Of a DNA stretch of 39,741 nt, positions 1 to 8,819 are shown in pieces; the first letter of the stretch is position 1; every line of letters begins with the position of its first letter. The notes under the pieces are model-generated. The model searched no databases. It was not told the DNA's origin and saw only the letters and a list, made by a program, of their open reading frames with translations. Origin of the DNA: a virus. Its lineage: Duplodnaviria > Caudoviricetes. The DNA is taken from IMG/VR virus record IMGVR_UViG_3300020045_018243, positions 1 through 39,741 of that record; one strand, written 5' to 3'. A program made the translations under genes and the position numbers.

Positions 1-121
1 CTCACGGCGCAGCGGTTGAACTGTTTGACCACGCTATGCAGGAAGTCCTGAGCAACATTCTCGATGAGAACCGGAGCCCAACCGAGACGAGAAAGATTAC
101 CCTCACCTTCGAAATCAAGCC
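1..121. repeat. Exact 121-bp direct repeat, copy 1 (copy 2 at 36593-36713); marks circularity or an assembly fork
   Basis: Base-by-base identity from ctcacggcgc to gaaatcaagcc, then abrupt divergence. Confidence 0.97.
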
Positions 122-305
122 CAACAAGGAACGCAACACGGCGACGGTCGGAATCCAGGCAAAGACTTCGCTCTCTCCCGTATGCAAAGCCGACGCCATG
201 ATGTTTTTTCGGAAGGAACGCGGGAAGCCCAAGGCCTACGCCCATAACTTCGAAGAGCGGGAATTGTTCGATGAGGCAGGCAATCTGAAAGCAATCAAAT
301 CTTAA
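1..305 (+). CDS. Conserved phage protein (YfdP-like / so-called replication-terminator-like), 5'-truncated, variant A
   Basis: Close homolog of 36553-36906; ILDENxxxTETRKITLTFEIKP motif; ORF runs off the window edge. Confidence 0.7.
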   Translation, partial: HGAAVELFDHAMQEVLSNILDENRSPTETRKITLTFEIKPNKERNTATVGIQAKTSLSPVCKADAMMFFRKERGKPKAYAHNFEERELFDEAGNLKAIKS

Positions 306-317
306 GGACGAACCAAA

Positions 318-1025
318 ATGCTGAAAGAATTTTTGCAATACGTCGTCAACGAAGTGTCAAAACCAGAGCAGTTCACATTCGAAGGGCGACGGTATTCGAG
401 CCGTAGCCTCTCTCCAATTACGCCACCATTAGAAAAACCTCTGATATTCAATACTCTGCAAAGTCTCATGCAGTATGCGAACCAATTGGGTTTCCCCTCC
501 ATCATCCAAGTGATCGACGAAAAGGAAGTCCACTTCTACGCGGATGAAGTCGACGCGTGGAAGCAAAGAGAAGTATTCGCAAAGGCGACAACTGCGCTTC
601 AGCCTGAGAGATTCCCGTTCGGAAAATTCCTCGCACCCGATGAATTCGCGATTCAATTGCGCACGCGGTTTGATATGACCCCCGACCTGGAAACTCTGAT
701 CGCGGTCACCAGCAACATTAGCTATGCGTCGAACATTGAAGTGTCAGACGATGGCCTGACCCAGACAGTCGGCCAGAAGGCTGGCGTCGTTCTCAAAAGC
801 CGGGCAGAATTGCCAAGCCTTGCCATGCTTAAGCCTTACCGAACATTCCTCGAAGCCGGACAGCCAGAAAGTCCATTCATTGTCCGAGCGCGCAAGAATC
901 ATTCGGACGTTCCCGAACTGGCTCTTTTCGAGGCCGATGGTGGCGCTTGGCGATTGCAGGCGGTTCAAAACATCGTTGGTTTCATAGGGAAAAAGGTTCA
1001 CGAACAAATCACTGTCTTGTGGTGA
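318..1025 (+). CDS. DUF2303/YfdQ-like conserved phage protein, variant A
   Basis: AAGGA RBS; motifs SDDGLTQTV, LKPYRTFLExxQPESPF, ALFEADGGAW; homolog of 36912-37646. Confidence 0.7.
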   Translation: MLKEFLQYVVNEVSKPEQFTFEGRRYSSRSLSPITPPLEKPLIFNTLQSLMQYANQLGFPSIIQVIDEKEVHFYADEVDAWKQREVFAKATTALQPERFPFGKFLAPDEFAIQLRTRFDMTPDLETLIAVTSNISYASNIEVSDDGLTQTVGQKAGVVLKSRAELPSLAMLKPYRTFLEAGQPESPFIVRARKNHSDVPELALFEADGGAWRLQAVQNIVGFIGKKVHEQITVLW

Positions 1026-1028
1026 CCT

Positions 1029-1463
1029 ATGGCAGCAACACCCGAAGGACAACAAGTAAGGCTCAGCGAGGATGCGAAGCGGGCAATGGCCGTTGCAATC
1101 GATATTATGATTGCAGTCGGTGCCCGCTGGCCTGCGATCAGGCAAGAGCTATTCAGGCAATCCACGCTATCCGATGCGAAGTGGACCCAGGTCCCAAGCC
1201 AAAGCACGCTGGAAAACCTGCTACTAGAACATTTTGACTGCGACAATCTCACAGACTACGCCGAAAAGAGGCAGGAGACAGTAAAATCCCAATTGAAGGG
1301 AAAAGCAGTATCCATGGCACTTTCAGGCAATGCCACCATGCTGATTTTCTGTCTTAAGAACCTCTGCAACTGGTCGGATAACGTGCAAGCCGTGCCGGAC
1401 GCGGAAGAGGCGAAGAATATGGTGAAGCTTGCGTATGCGAATCAAGAGAAGGGGAAGCCGTGA
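1029..1463 (+). CDS. terS: Terminase small subunit, variant A
   Basis: AxSGNATMLIFCLKNLCNWSD motif typical of TerS oligomerisation helices; lies upstream of terL. Confidence 0.75.
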   Translation: MAATPEGQQVRLSEDAKRAMAVAIDIMIAVGARWPAIRQELFRQSTLSDAKWTQVPSQSTLENLLLEHFDCDNLTDYAEKRQETVKSQLKGKAVSMALSGNATMLIFCLKNLCNWSDNVQAVPDAEEAKNMVKLAYANQEKGKP

Positions 1464-1582
1464 CCGTCGGATTGGAGCATGAGGAAAGTCCCGATTGCTG
1501 GTGTTGCCCGCGTTTGGAATATAAAGACCCTGAAACTGGCGTGGAAGTCTGGGTCCACAACTCGACTGATGAGGCCAATTGA
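1460..1582 (+). CDS. Small Cys/His protein, 40 aa (MTVGLEHEESPDCWCCPRLEY...VWVHN), missing from the ORF track
   Basis: GTG start overlaps the terS stop (GTGA); stop overlaps the next ATG; HxxSxxCWCxP...VH pattern. Confidence 0.6.
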   Translation: MTVGLEHEESPDCWCCPRLEYKDPETGVEVWVHNSTDEAN

Positions 1583-1773
1583 TGACCGAACCGCGATACT
1601 ATTTCGTTTCATATAGCCACAGGGAGGGTTTTGGCCGTAGTGGTTGCGTAGTGGAAGGCGGTGAAATTCACATAAAACAGGCTGAACAGATGCTGATGCA
1701 AAAAGACAAACTTACAGACTTGGTTATCATTTCATATCAGGAGTGTTCCAAGGAAGTGCTGGATAGCCTATGA
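1582..1773 (+). CDS. Hypothetical protein
   Basis: GAGG RBS; translationally coupled on both sides. Confidence 0.6.
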   Translation: MTEPRYYFVSYSHREGFGRSGCVVEGGEIHIKQAEQMLMQKDKLTDLVIISYQECSKEVLDSL

Positions 1774-2132
1774 ACAATTCCATGTATCCGCCGGACCATC
1801 CTCAGCATAAAGTCCCCGTTCTTCTGAATGAGCCGGAAGCATGCGGCTCAAGCAAGTGCAGCAATCGGACAAGAGAATGGACCAATGTGCGCGGCCTCAT
1901 GATTCCTTGCTGTTCGGCTGAATGCAATCAATGGATCCAGACTTATGGACGAATCAGGGCTCTCATGTGTCGGGTGCATCCTGACTATATGGGAATCCAG
2001 AAGGTGCCACGCGGGCCTAAGAAGCATCCGAACTGCACGTGTGAATCCTATTATGAGGAAAAGGCGGAACAGAATGCGCGGGCACGAAGCCCTGGTCTGA
2101 AGGTCAATCCTTTGATAGGCAAAAAAGGATGA
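1770..2132 (+). CDS. Cys-rich hypothetical protein (possible zinc binder)
   Basis: ATGA overlaps with both neighbours; several Cys pairs. Confidence 0.6.
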   Translation: MNNSMYPPDHPQHKVPVLLNEPEACGSSKCSNRTREWTNVRGLMIPCCSAECNQWIQTYGRIRALMCRVHPDYMGIQKVPRGPKKHPNCTCESYYEEKAEQNARARSPGLKVNPLIGKKG

Positions 2133-3475
2133 CGGAAGCCGTCTCGGAACCTCACCTTGAACGCTTCATTCCCTTCGGCTATCAGCGGGAAGTCCTCAAC
2201 CTTCTGCACAACTATGAATACGCTCTGAACACCCCGGAAATCCTTTTGTCTGGGTCAGTGGGCAGTGCTAAGAGCATTCTGCTCGCTCATATCGCAATCA
2301 TCCACTGTCTGACCTGGCCGGGCGCGCGCATTGCGATCGGCCGTCGGTCTCTCCCGGATTTAAAGAAGACGCTGTACGGCGAAATCATGGAACACCTGGC
2401 TCATATCAACCCGTCGCTCTATCGCCCGCGGAGGCATACGGGCGAAATCACCTTCCCGAACGGTTCGGAGATAATTTCGGCGACCTGGGGTGACGGTTTG
2501 TACGCTAAATTCCGATCGCTCAAGCTGAGCGGTCTGATCATCGAAGAATTGACCGAGAATGATGATCAGTTCATGCCTGGGTTCAAAATCCTGAAGGCGC
2601 GTGTGCGCCGGATACCGAGCGTGAAGCAGAATTTCGTGATCGCGGCGACCAACCCGGGCGAGCCGGACAGCCTTTGGTACCAGTATTTCATCGAAGGCGC
2701 GCGCGAATACCCTTCACGGTATGTCTTCTATTCGAACACCAGAGAGAATCCGTACCTTGAGGCGGTATACTATGACCAGTTGCTTCAGGATTACTCGGTC
2801 CTGGAAGCCGAGCGATATCTGAGAGGAAAATGGATATCGCTCGAGGGAAAGGGAATCTATCACGCCTATTCCGAGGAACGGAACTACCGCGACAAGCCGT
2901 ATGAGCCGGACCTTTCCAAGCCCTTCCATATCTGTTTCGACTTCAATACCGCCGAAGGCAAGCCGCAGTCCGCGTGTATCTTTCAGTATGTGAAGGGGGA
3001 ATGGCACTTCTTTGCCGAATCGATCATCGATCGCGCGAACTGGTGCCTTGATAACCTCACCGACTTCGAAGCCCAAGGAATCCTGAAGGGCGTACAAATG
3101 ATATACGTCCACGGGGATGCTTCGGGCAAAGCCAAGTCGAGCAACTCGCTGCGATCCAACTATGAGTTGATCGAGGATTGGCTTGCGCAGAAGCGCATTC
3201 CTTTCAGGATGCAGGTCCCTAAATCAAATCCGCCGCTGGTCGAACGGTGGACAACGGTAAACGCTCTGTGTCAAAATGCAAAGCTGGAAGTCCGCATATT
3301 TGTGTACAAGACCTGTCCCGTTCTAAACCAGGGAATGAAGCTGGCCCGAAAGAAACCAGGCACAGCTCTGGAAGACGACAGTCAACGCTACCAGCACGTG
3401 ACAACCGCTGCAGGCTATGGAATCTGCTATACGAAAGTGGACGAAACGCGAAAATCCTCATCGGAGCGATACTAA
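2129..3475 (+). CDS. terL: Terminase large subunit
   Basis: Walker A-like LLSGSVGSAKS, Walker B LIIEE, ATNP coupling motif, RNase H-like FDFN and GDASG, C-terminal QHVTTAAGY. Confidence 0.95.
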   Translation: MTEAVSEPHLERFIPFGYQREVLNLLHNYEYALNTPEILLSGSVGSAKSILLAHIAIIHCLTWPGARIAIGRRSLPDLKKTLYGEIMEHLAHINPSLYRPRRHTGEITFPNGSEIISATWGDGLYAKFRSLKLSGLIIEELTENDDQFMPGFKILKARVRRIPSVKQNFVIAATNPGEPDSLWYQYFIEGAREYPSRYVFYSNTRENPYLEAVYYDQLLQDYSVLEAERYLRGKWISLEGKGIYHAYSEERNYRDKPYEPDLSKPFHICFDFNTAEGKPQSACIFQYVKGEWHFFAESIIDRANWCLDNLTDFEAQGILKGVQMIYVHGDASGKAKSSNSLRSNYELIEDWLAQKRIPFRMQVPKSNPPLVERWTTVNALCQNAKLEVRIFVYKTCPVLNQGMKLARKKPGTALEDDSQRYQHVTTAAGYGICYTKVDETRKSSSERY

Positions 3476-3476
3476 A

Positions 3477-4910
3477 ATGATCAACCTTTTCGACGAATCC
3501 ACGCGGAAGGCCATTGCCGAATTCATCAAGGGCGAACAACCCAGGCTTTCCTACAACGGGCAGATTTTCCAAATCCTGGAAGGTAACCTTAAGCCGCTGC
3601 TCAATCAGCGGATGCTCGATGATTTGGGACCGGATTCAGTCAAGGCAGCCCAGACGAGAACCGCGCCTATCAACGTTTTAGAGAAGGTTGTGGATAAACA
3701 GACATCAATCTATTCCGGGCGTGTCGTGAGACGTGTTGAGGGTCCGAACGTCACCGACTCGGATAGGGAGTTGCTAAAATGGTATGAAGACGTTCTGGAT
3801 ATGAACCAGAAAATGAGCAGCAACAATGAATTCTTCAATGCCTATCAGTATGCGCTTTTGCAAATAGCGCTGAACATCAAGGCAGGGGAACTGACAGGCA
3901 AGCCGTTCATCAGAAGCGCGCCGAATCATCAGTTTCTCGTCTTGAATGATCAGTACTCTGTGGATCCAACCTCACCTGACCTGATCATCTTGTGCATCGG
4001 CGCATACAAGGATGATTTGGGAAGGGAACACACGAAGTTTGCTCTCTATACTGACCAGCAATACGTGATCATGAATGAGAGCGGCGAACTGCTTTTGGGC
4101 GAAATGCAGAAGCGTGATCAAGACGGGACGAATCCATATGGAGTCACGCCTTTCGAGTACGCGAACGCATCGCAGAACATGGTTATGCCGATGGTGCAGA
4201 CCGATAACCTCGATATGGCATTGCTCATCCCGCTGCTACTCACAGACTTGAACTATGCAGCGAAATTCCAATGCTTCAGCCTTTTCGTTTCAATCGATAT
4301 CGATGACCAGAAAATCAGCATCAGTCCGAACAGCATCCTCAGGCTGAAGTCCGATCCAAAGGGCGACAAGCCTGATTTCAAGGTCATTAAGCCGGAAGTC
4401 GATATCAGCGAAGTCCTGAACCTCGCAGCGTCCGAAATGGGCCTTTGGCTTTCGACCAAAGGGATTCGCCCGGGCACGGTCGGCACGGTTGGCCAAGACA
4501 ACTTCGCTTCGGGCGTGAGCAAGATCATCGATGAATCGGACACCTTCGAATCGAAAAACAAACAAATCATCCTTTATATGGCATTTGAAAAGAGATTCTG
4601 GGACAGGCTTTTCAGGCATATTCACCCGGTATGGGTTGAGACGCGCAAGATCGAAAACACGGCTCTCCTATCGGAAGGCGCGTACATCGTCACCGAATTC
4701 GAAAAGCCCGTCCCTCTGCAGACCAGAGGCGAGAAGGTGACCGACCTTGACCTGGAAGTAACAGCCGGGTTCATCAGCCGCAAGAGAGCAGTCGCAGCCC
4801 TGAATCCTGATCTTTCCGAGGACGCGCTGGAAGAACTGATGGAAGAAATCAATGAGGAGCGTGTGATAAGAGAGCCGACAGACGAACCAGTGGAGGTGCC
4901 TGAGCTATGA
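3477..4910 (+). CDS. Portal protein
   Basis: About 477 aa directly after terL; NPYGVTPF and ASGVSK motifs, acidic C-terminus typical of SPP1-like portals; likely start is ATG 3477. Confidence 0.85.
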   Translation: MINLFDESTRKAIAEFIKGEQPRLSYNGQIFQILEGNLKPLLNQRMLDDLGPDSVKAAQTRTAPINVLEKVVDKQTSIYSGRVVRRVEGPNVTDSDRELLKWYEDVLDMNQKMSSNNEFFNAYQYALLQIALNIKAGELTGKPFIRSAPNHQFLVLNDQYSVDPTSPDLIILCIGAYKDDLGREHTKFALYTDQQYVIMNESGELLLGEMQKRDQDGTNPYGVTPFEYANASQNMVMPMVQTDNLDMALLIPLLLTDLNYAAKFQCFSLFVSIDIDDQKISISPNSILRLKSDPKGDKPDFKVIKPEVDISEVLNLAASEMGLWLSTKGIRPGTVGTVGQDNFASGVSKIIDESDTFESKNKQIILYMAFEKRFWDRLFRHIHPVWVETRKIENTALLSEGAYIVTEFEKPVPLQTRGEKVTDLDLEVTAGFISRKRAVAALNPDLSEDALEELMEEINEERVIREPTDEPVEVPEL

Positions 4911-5023
4911 TGACCGTGAGCAGTCCCACTTTCGATTTGGCGATTATGCTGGCATTCGGAGTCGGCGCGCTGATTGGCGGCGTGCTGGTCTTTTTCATAT
5001 TGCAGGCGTCCGATGCGGAATAA
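4907..5023 (+). CDS. Small single-pass membrane protein, 38 aa (MMTVSSPTFDLAIMLAFGVGALIGGVLVFFILQASDAE), missing from the ORF track
   Basis: GGAGG RBS, ATGA overlap with the portal stop, one hydrophobic helix. Confidence 0.6.
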   Translation: MMTVSSPTFDLAIMLAFGVGALIGGVLVFFILQASDAE

Positions 5024-5465
5024 AGAAACCCAACTGACCCTTTCCGTTCCCGATGACTTCTCATCAGAGGAACGCGCGGCGGTCGCTGAGCGCGTGATGG
5101 ACTTCATAAGGGACCGATCCAAAATGGGTTACAACGTCCACGGTAGGGATTGGGCGGGGAAGGCAGGCGAGTACACCGAGGAATACGCGAAACGCAAGGG
5201 CACCTCCCCTGGCGGTCCAGTGGACTTGGCTTTGAGTCATGACATGCTGGATGCGATGCGCTATTTCCCATCGCTATCAGGCCCGGGAGAAATCACGGTT
5301 GGATATCGCAAGGGCAGTAGGATTGAGCGGCAAGCCGAAGGGAACATTCTCGGCACCTATGGACAGAAGAATCCAATACCGGGCAAGGCGCGTCCTTTCC
5401 TGGATATCCTGAAGAAAGATTTGCAATCGATCATTGATGAGGTGCGCGATGAAAGAGAAGAGTGA
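5013..5465 (+). CDS. Virion morphogenesis / neck-type protein 1
   Basis: IRDRSxxG...Y...VDLxLSxDML...ARPFL pattern like Mu gpG-type morphogenesis proteins; head-module position. Confidence 0.6.
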   Translation: MRNKETQLTLSVPDDFSSEERAAVAERVMDFIRDRSKMGYNVHGRDWAGKAGEYTEEYAKRKGTSPGGPVDLALSHDMLDAMRYFPSLSGPGEITVGYRKGSRIERQAEGNILGTYGQKNPIPGKARPFLDILKKDLQSIIDEVRDEREE

Positions 5466-5715
5466 AGTGATCTATGCTTTACGTGAGGTTGAATATCATG
5501 GTCCAGATGATGATGGTGGGCCTGGTGTGACCGTGGATAATGTGAGGCATAAGGCCGCATTGATGACTACGGTCTTAGACAAATCTGGTTGCGCTGAACA
5601 TCCTCTTTTATTGCTGCTACTAAGGGCGGAGACAGGTTCAGAAGCACTCGTGTATCCAATCGATCGTTCCGATGCATCGAGTGTGATGAATGATCTTAGG
5701 AGGCTGATGAAATGA
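5449..5715 (+). CDS. Hypothetical protein inserted between the two morphogenesis genes
   Basis: GAGG RBS before ATG 5449; overlaps both neighbours. Confidence 0.55.
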   Translation: MKEKSEVIYALREVEYHGPDDDGGPGVTVDNVRHKAALMTTVLDKSGCAEHPLLLLLLRAETGSEALVYPIDRSDASSVMNDLRRLMK

Positions 5716-6170
5716 AAGGCACGGCTGAAGTCCGTTCCATGTTCCGGCAGCTGATGGACATGATCAACTCAGCGGAAACCATGCGCGCACTCGGTGGATT
5801 TTCCATCAAGACAATCCAGAAGCGCACGCGAGGGGAAGGTAAGGGAGTCAGCCGCGCGGGGGGAATTTCTCGGAAGCTGAAGCGGGTGACCCCCGACTAC
5901 GCAGAACAGCGGCGCCGAAAGAAGGGGAAGCATCCAGCCGCTGCAACAGGGACAACGTCCAATTTGACTCTGTTCGGTCCACTTATCAATACGCTGGTCA
6001 TCAAAAGAGCCACGAAGACCGACCTTCGGATAGGATTTCTGAACCTGAAGGAAGAGAAGAAAGCCGAGGGACAGGAGAGGCAGGGCCGCACTTTCATGGT
6101 GCTGTCAGGCAAGGAAATCAAAGACGCGAAGAAGTTTCTGTCGGACCTGGTCGCGAACCAGGTTCGGTGA
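5712..6170 (+). CDS. Virion morphogenesis / neck-type protein 2
   Basis: Basic; IQKRTRxxG...Y...SNLTLxGxL...RxF pattern parallel to 5013-5465. Confidence 0.6.
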   Translation: MKGTAEVRSMFRQLMDMINSAETMRALGGFSIKTIQKRTRGEGKGVSRAGGISRKLKRVTPDYAEQRRRKKGKHPAAATGTTSNLTLFGPLINTLVIKRATKTDLRIGFLNLKEEKKAEGQERQGRTFMVLSGKEIKDAKKFLSDLVANQVR

Positions 6171-6202
6171 TCTATTGACATGTTAATTTTTGAGAGGTTA
6201 TT

Positions 6203-6829
6203 ATGGTCGATGTGAACCCATCCAATGATCCTGCAGGCGGCGCCGGGGATCCAGTGCAGACGGCGTCGGCTGATGGTGATGGCAAAGTGGATCGGAAGAC
6301 TTACGATAAGACGGTCACCGAGAATAAAACCATCAAGCAACAGTTGGCCGAAGAACGCGCGAAGAACAAGAAATTCGAGGATGAACGGCTTGCACGCGAA
6401 GAGAATGAGCGTCTGGCCAAAAACCAACACCTCGAAGTTATCGAAGAACAAAAGCGCAAAATAGCTGAGCTAGCCGAGCAAAACGAAAGTCATGCACGTG
6501 ACAAGCGGGATGCGCGGAAACTCAATTTGGCCCTCAACTTGCTGCATGAGAAGGGCGTAAACCTCGAGCCGAAGTACTACGGGATGATTCCACTGGATCA
6601 GATCGCAGTCGACTCGGACGGAATGCCTGATAAAACCTCAGTGACCAAAGTCATTTCCGATTTCACGAAAGAACACCCAAGGCTCACAATGCCAGCGAAG
6701 AACCTTCTGCCTGCGGACAGACCTGCGGGCGCGGTCGAGCCGCTGACAGTCGAGGCCTGGGGACAGCTTCCATACAAGGAAAAGTTGGAAGCGTTGAAAC
6801 AAAAGCGAGTGGTTCAAAAGCAGAAGTAG
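6203..6829 (+). CDS. Capsid scaffolding protein
   Basis: Coiled-coil-rich 208 aa protein immediately upstream of the major capsid gene. Confidence 0.75.
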   Translation: MVDVNPSNDPAGGAGDPVQTASADGDGKVDRKTYDKTVTENKTIKQQLAEERAKNKKFEDERLAREENERLAKNQHLEVIEEQKRKIAELAEQNESHARDKRDARKLNLALNLLHEKGVNLEPKYYGMIPLDQIAVDSDGMPDKTSVTKVISDFTKEHPRLTMPAKNLLPADRPAGAVEPLTVEAWGQLPYKEKLEALKQKRVVQKQK

Positions 6830-6885
6830 CGGTTTTGGCCGTGATACCTGCTTAACCGATAAAACACCAAGGAAGGGTTAAGATC

Positions 6886-7776
6886 ATGGCCAACTCAGAT
6901 CTAGATGATGTAGCGGAACAGATACAGACGTTCTGGTCCACTCTGTTCATGGATGAGCTTCGTCAAACCAACATTCTTTTCAACCTAGTCAACCGCGACT
7001 ACCAAGGCGAAATCCGCGAAGGCGGTAACACCGTGCGCGTGAGCCAAATCAATGCGCCAACTGGCCAGAACCTCGCGATTGACGGCTCAGGCGGGGGCCG
7101 GACGTTCACACCGGAAGCAATCAGCACTTCCTATGTGGACGTGGTAGCCGACCGTCGTCTGGTTGCATCGTATGACTTCCATGACCTGATGGCGATCCAA
7201 TCGCTCATCGATCCGATCGGAAGCCGTTCGGTGGAAACCCGCGCGGCGATGGTGCAGGCGATCAGCAATCAGCTGAACGCGTTCCTGTATTCCAAGGTTG
7301 CACCGGGCTCCGGCAATATCACCTATTCCACCGCAACTCTCACTGCAGCCATTGTTCAGGCGCAGCGCGAGCGTGCTGCAACGCTGAAGTGGAACTATCT
7401 CAAAGGCTGGTATGCGCTTCTGAATCCAGCTTATTACGGTGATTTGCTGGTCGATTCCACGTTCATCAATGCGGACTTCGGCGCGACCGACCGTCCTGTA
7501 ATCGGTGGACAAATGGGTTTGACCCGTTATGGGTTCAGCCTGTTCGAAGACAACACTGGTGCACAGACGGCTCAAACGCCTGACACCAACGGTCTGTTCT
7601 TCCATCCCGATTTCTTGTACCTGGTCAGCCAGTACCAACCGCGTTTCATGCTGTCGAGCAAACACAGCCAGCATGAATTTGCCTACGTGCTGTCGGTCGA
7701 CTGGGTCATCGGCGCCAGTCTCGGCATCGATGGTGCAAATAAGCACTTGGTCGTTACACCGAATGCTGCGCCGTAA
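6886..7776 (+). CDS. Major capsid protein (HK97 fold, P22-coat-like)
   Basis: LVNRDYQGEIREGGNTVRV motif; size, position and strong RBS. Confidence 0.9.
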   Translation: MANSDLDDVAEQIQTFWSTLFMDELRQTNILFNLVNRDYQGEIREGGNTVRVSQINAPTGQNLAIDGSGGGRTFTPEAISTSYVDVVADRRLVASYDFHDLMAIQSLIDPIGSRSVETRAAMVQAISNQLNAFLYSKVAPGSGNITYSTATLTAAIVQAQRERAATLKWNYLKGWYALLNPAYYGDLLVDSTFINADFGATDRPVIGGQMGLTRYGFSLFEDNTGAQTAQTPDTNGLFFHPDFLYLVSQYQPRFMLSSKHSQHEFAYVLSVDWVIGASLGIDGANKHLVVTPNAAP

Positions 7777-7846
7777 CAGTTTTGATGCTATGGTCTCTTC
7801 ACACCATAGCGACTCCCAACGGAAATTCTTCGGATGAACTGAGGCA

Positions 7847-7889
7847 CCTGTCGCGTGAGGGATTTCCCCTACGCGGCAGGCATTTTTCT
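7847..7889 (+). terminator. Probable intrinsic terminator after the capsid gene
   Basis: cctgtcgcgt/acgcggcagg stem followed by catttttct. Confidence 0.6.
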
Positions 7890-7903
7890 AAGCAGGATAA
7901 AAC

Positions 7904-8140
7904 ATGGCATTGAACAACTGGAAATCTTATCAAATGATCGAAGGCAGATCTTGGGACAACTTGATTTCGAACCTCACGGAGAGGATTCAAGTCCCATGCG
8001 AAGTTGTTCAATGGGGAATGAGTTCGCTCGGTCGACCGTTCTGCGTTGTAAAACTCGATCGATCAGCGAAATCGAACACTTCTGCACCAAAACCAACGCC
8101 GACGGAAGAATTCGACGGCTCAGGTCAGAAGAAAAACTAG
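7904..8140 (+). CDS. Small hypothetical head-module protein
   Basis: AGGA RBS; fills the gap between hairpins. Confidence 0.55.
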   Translation: MALNNWKSYQMIEGRSWDNLISNLTERIQVPCEVVQWGMSSLGRPFCVVKLDRSAKSNTSAPKPTPTEEFDGSGQKKN

Positions 8141-8235
8141 GTTCTGAGGGAAGTCTGTTTTCCTTTCTCATTTCAAGTTATCCTGCAGGGCGCTGGCGGT
8201 TTTCCCGCTGGCGTCCAGTCAAGGAGAAAATTCAA

Positions 8236-8817
8236 ATGCCTAAGCAAGGGTTAACTGATCTTGAAAGGGGGAAATACCTTCCCGATGGCGACCACGAATA
8301 CTCAGTGGTCCGCGTTGCAAAGACTTTGGAATCCGGTGGAAATCCAGGCGGGGAAAATTTCGCCTACCGTTGGCGGTATTTCGAAGCTTCCGGCGGGGTA
8401 CAGAATCAGAACGTGAACGGTTCCGTTACGCCGGTTGATTATGAAATAACCTTTCCTTCAGACGCTTTCCTTCGCAGGCTCGACATTGTCTGTGTCGCAA
8501 CGAACATCATTTCGACTCTCGACTACGGCTCGATATCTGGTGGACTGCCAAACGGTCTTTTGATTCTGCGGTCCGACGGCTTGACAGAGACGACGCTTTT
8601 CAATGCGAAGCGCTGGGTGGAGTATGGGCACTTCGTTGATGACCAGCTGGGACAAATCGAGCATCAGGAAAACCCAACCGAAGACGTGGTAATCGCATCC
8701 TGCACGTTTGAGCCAGTTTGGAAATTCGCAGCCGGAACAAAACTCATCACTAGGGTTCGCGATGACCTAAGCATCCTTCGTTATCATCGAACCTCTGTCC
8801 TTACAGTGGAGTACTGA
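8236..8817 (+). CDS. Putative structural/decoration protein (VNGSVTPV family), paralog 1
   Basis: AAGGAG RBS before ATG 8236; shares motifs with 8820-9308. Confidence 0.65.
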   Translation: MPKQGLTDLERGKYLPDGDHEYSVVRVAKTLESGGNPGGENFAYRWRYFEASGGVQNQNVNGSVTPVDYEITFPSDAFLRRLDIVCVATNIISTLDYGSISGGLPNGLLILRSDGLTETTLFNAKRWVEYGHFVDDQLGQIEHQENPTEDVVIASCTFEPVWKFAAGTKLITRVRDDLSILRYHRTSVLTVEY

Positions 8818-8819
8818 CC

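Noticed and set aside
1-121. Physical direct terminal repeat of the virion DNA
   Set aside because: The second copy is internal and mid-gene and is followed by diverged homologous sequence; an assembly fork explains it better
6175-6204. TTGACA-18 nt-TATTAT promoter before the scaffold gene
   Set aside because: The -10 overlaps the start codon, so it could not transcribe the RBS of this gene; unsupported without TSS data
7855-8235. N-terminal extension of the 320-aa ORF 7855-8817
   Set aside because: It overlaps a terminator and the better-supported 7904-8140 ORF; the strong AAGGAG RBS points to ATG 8236
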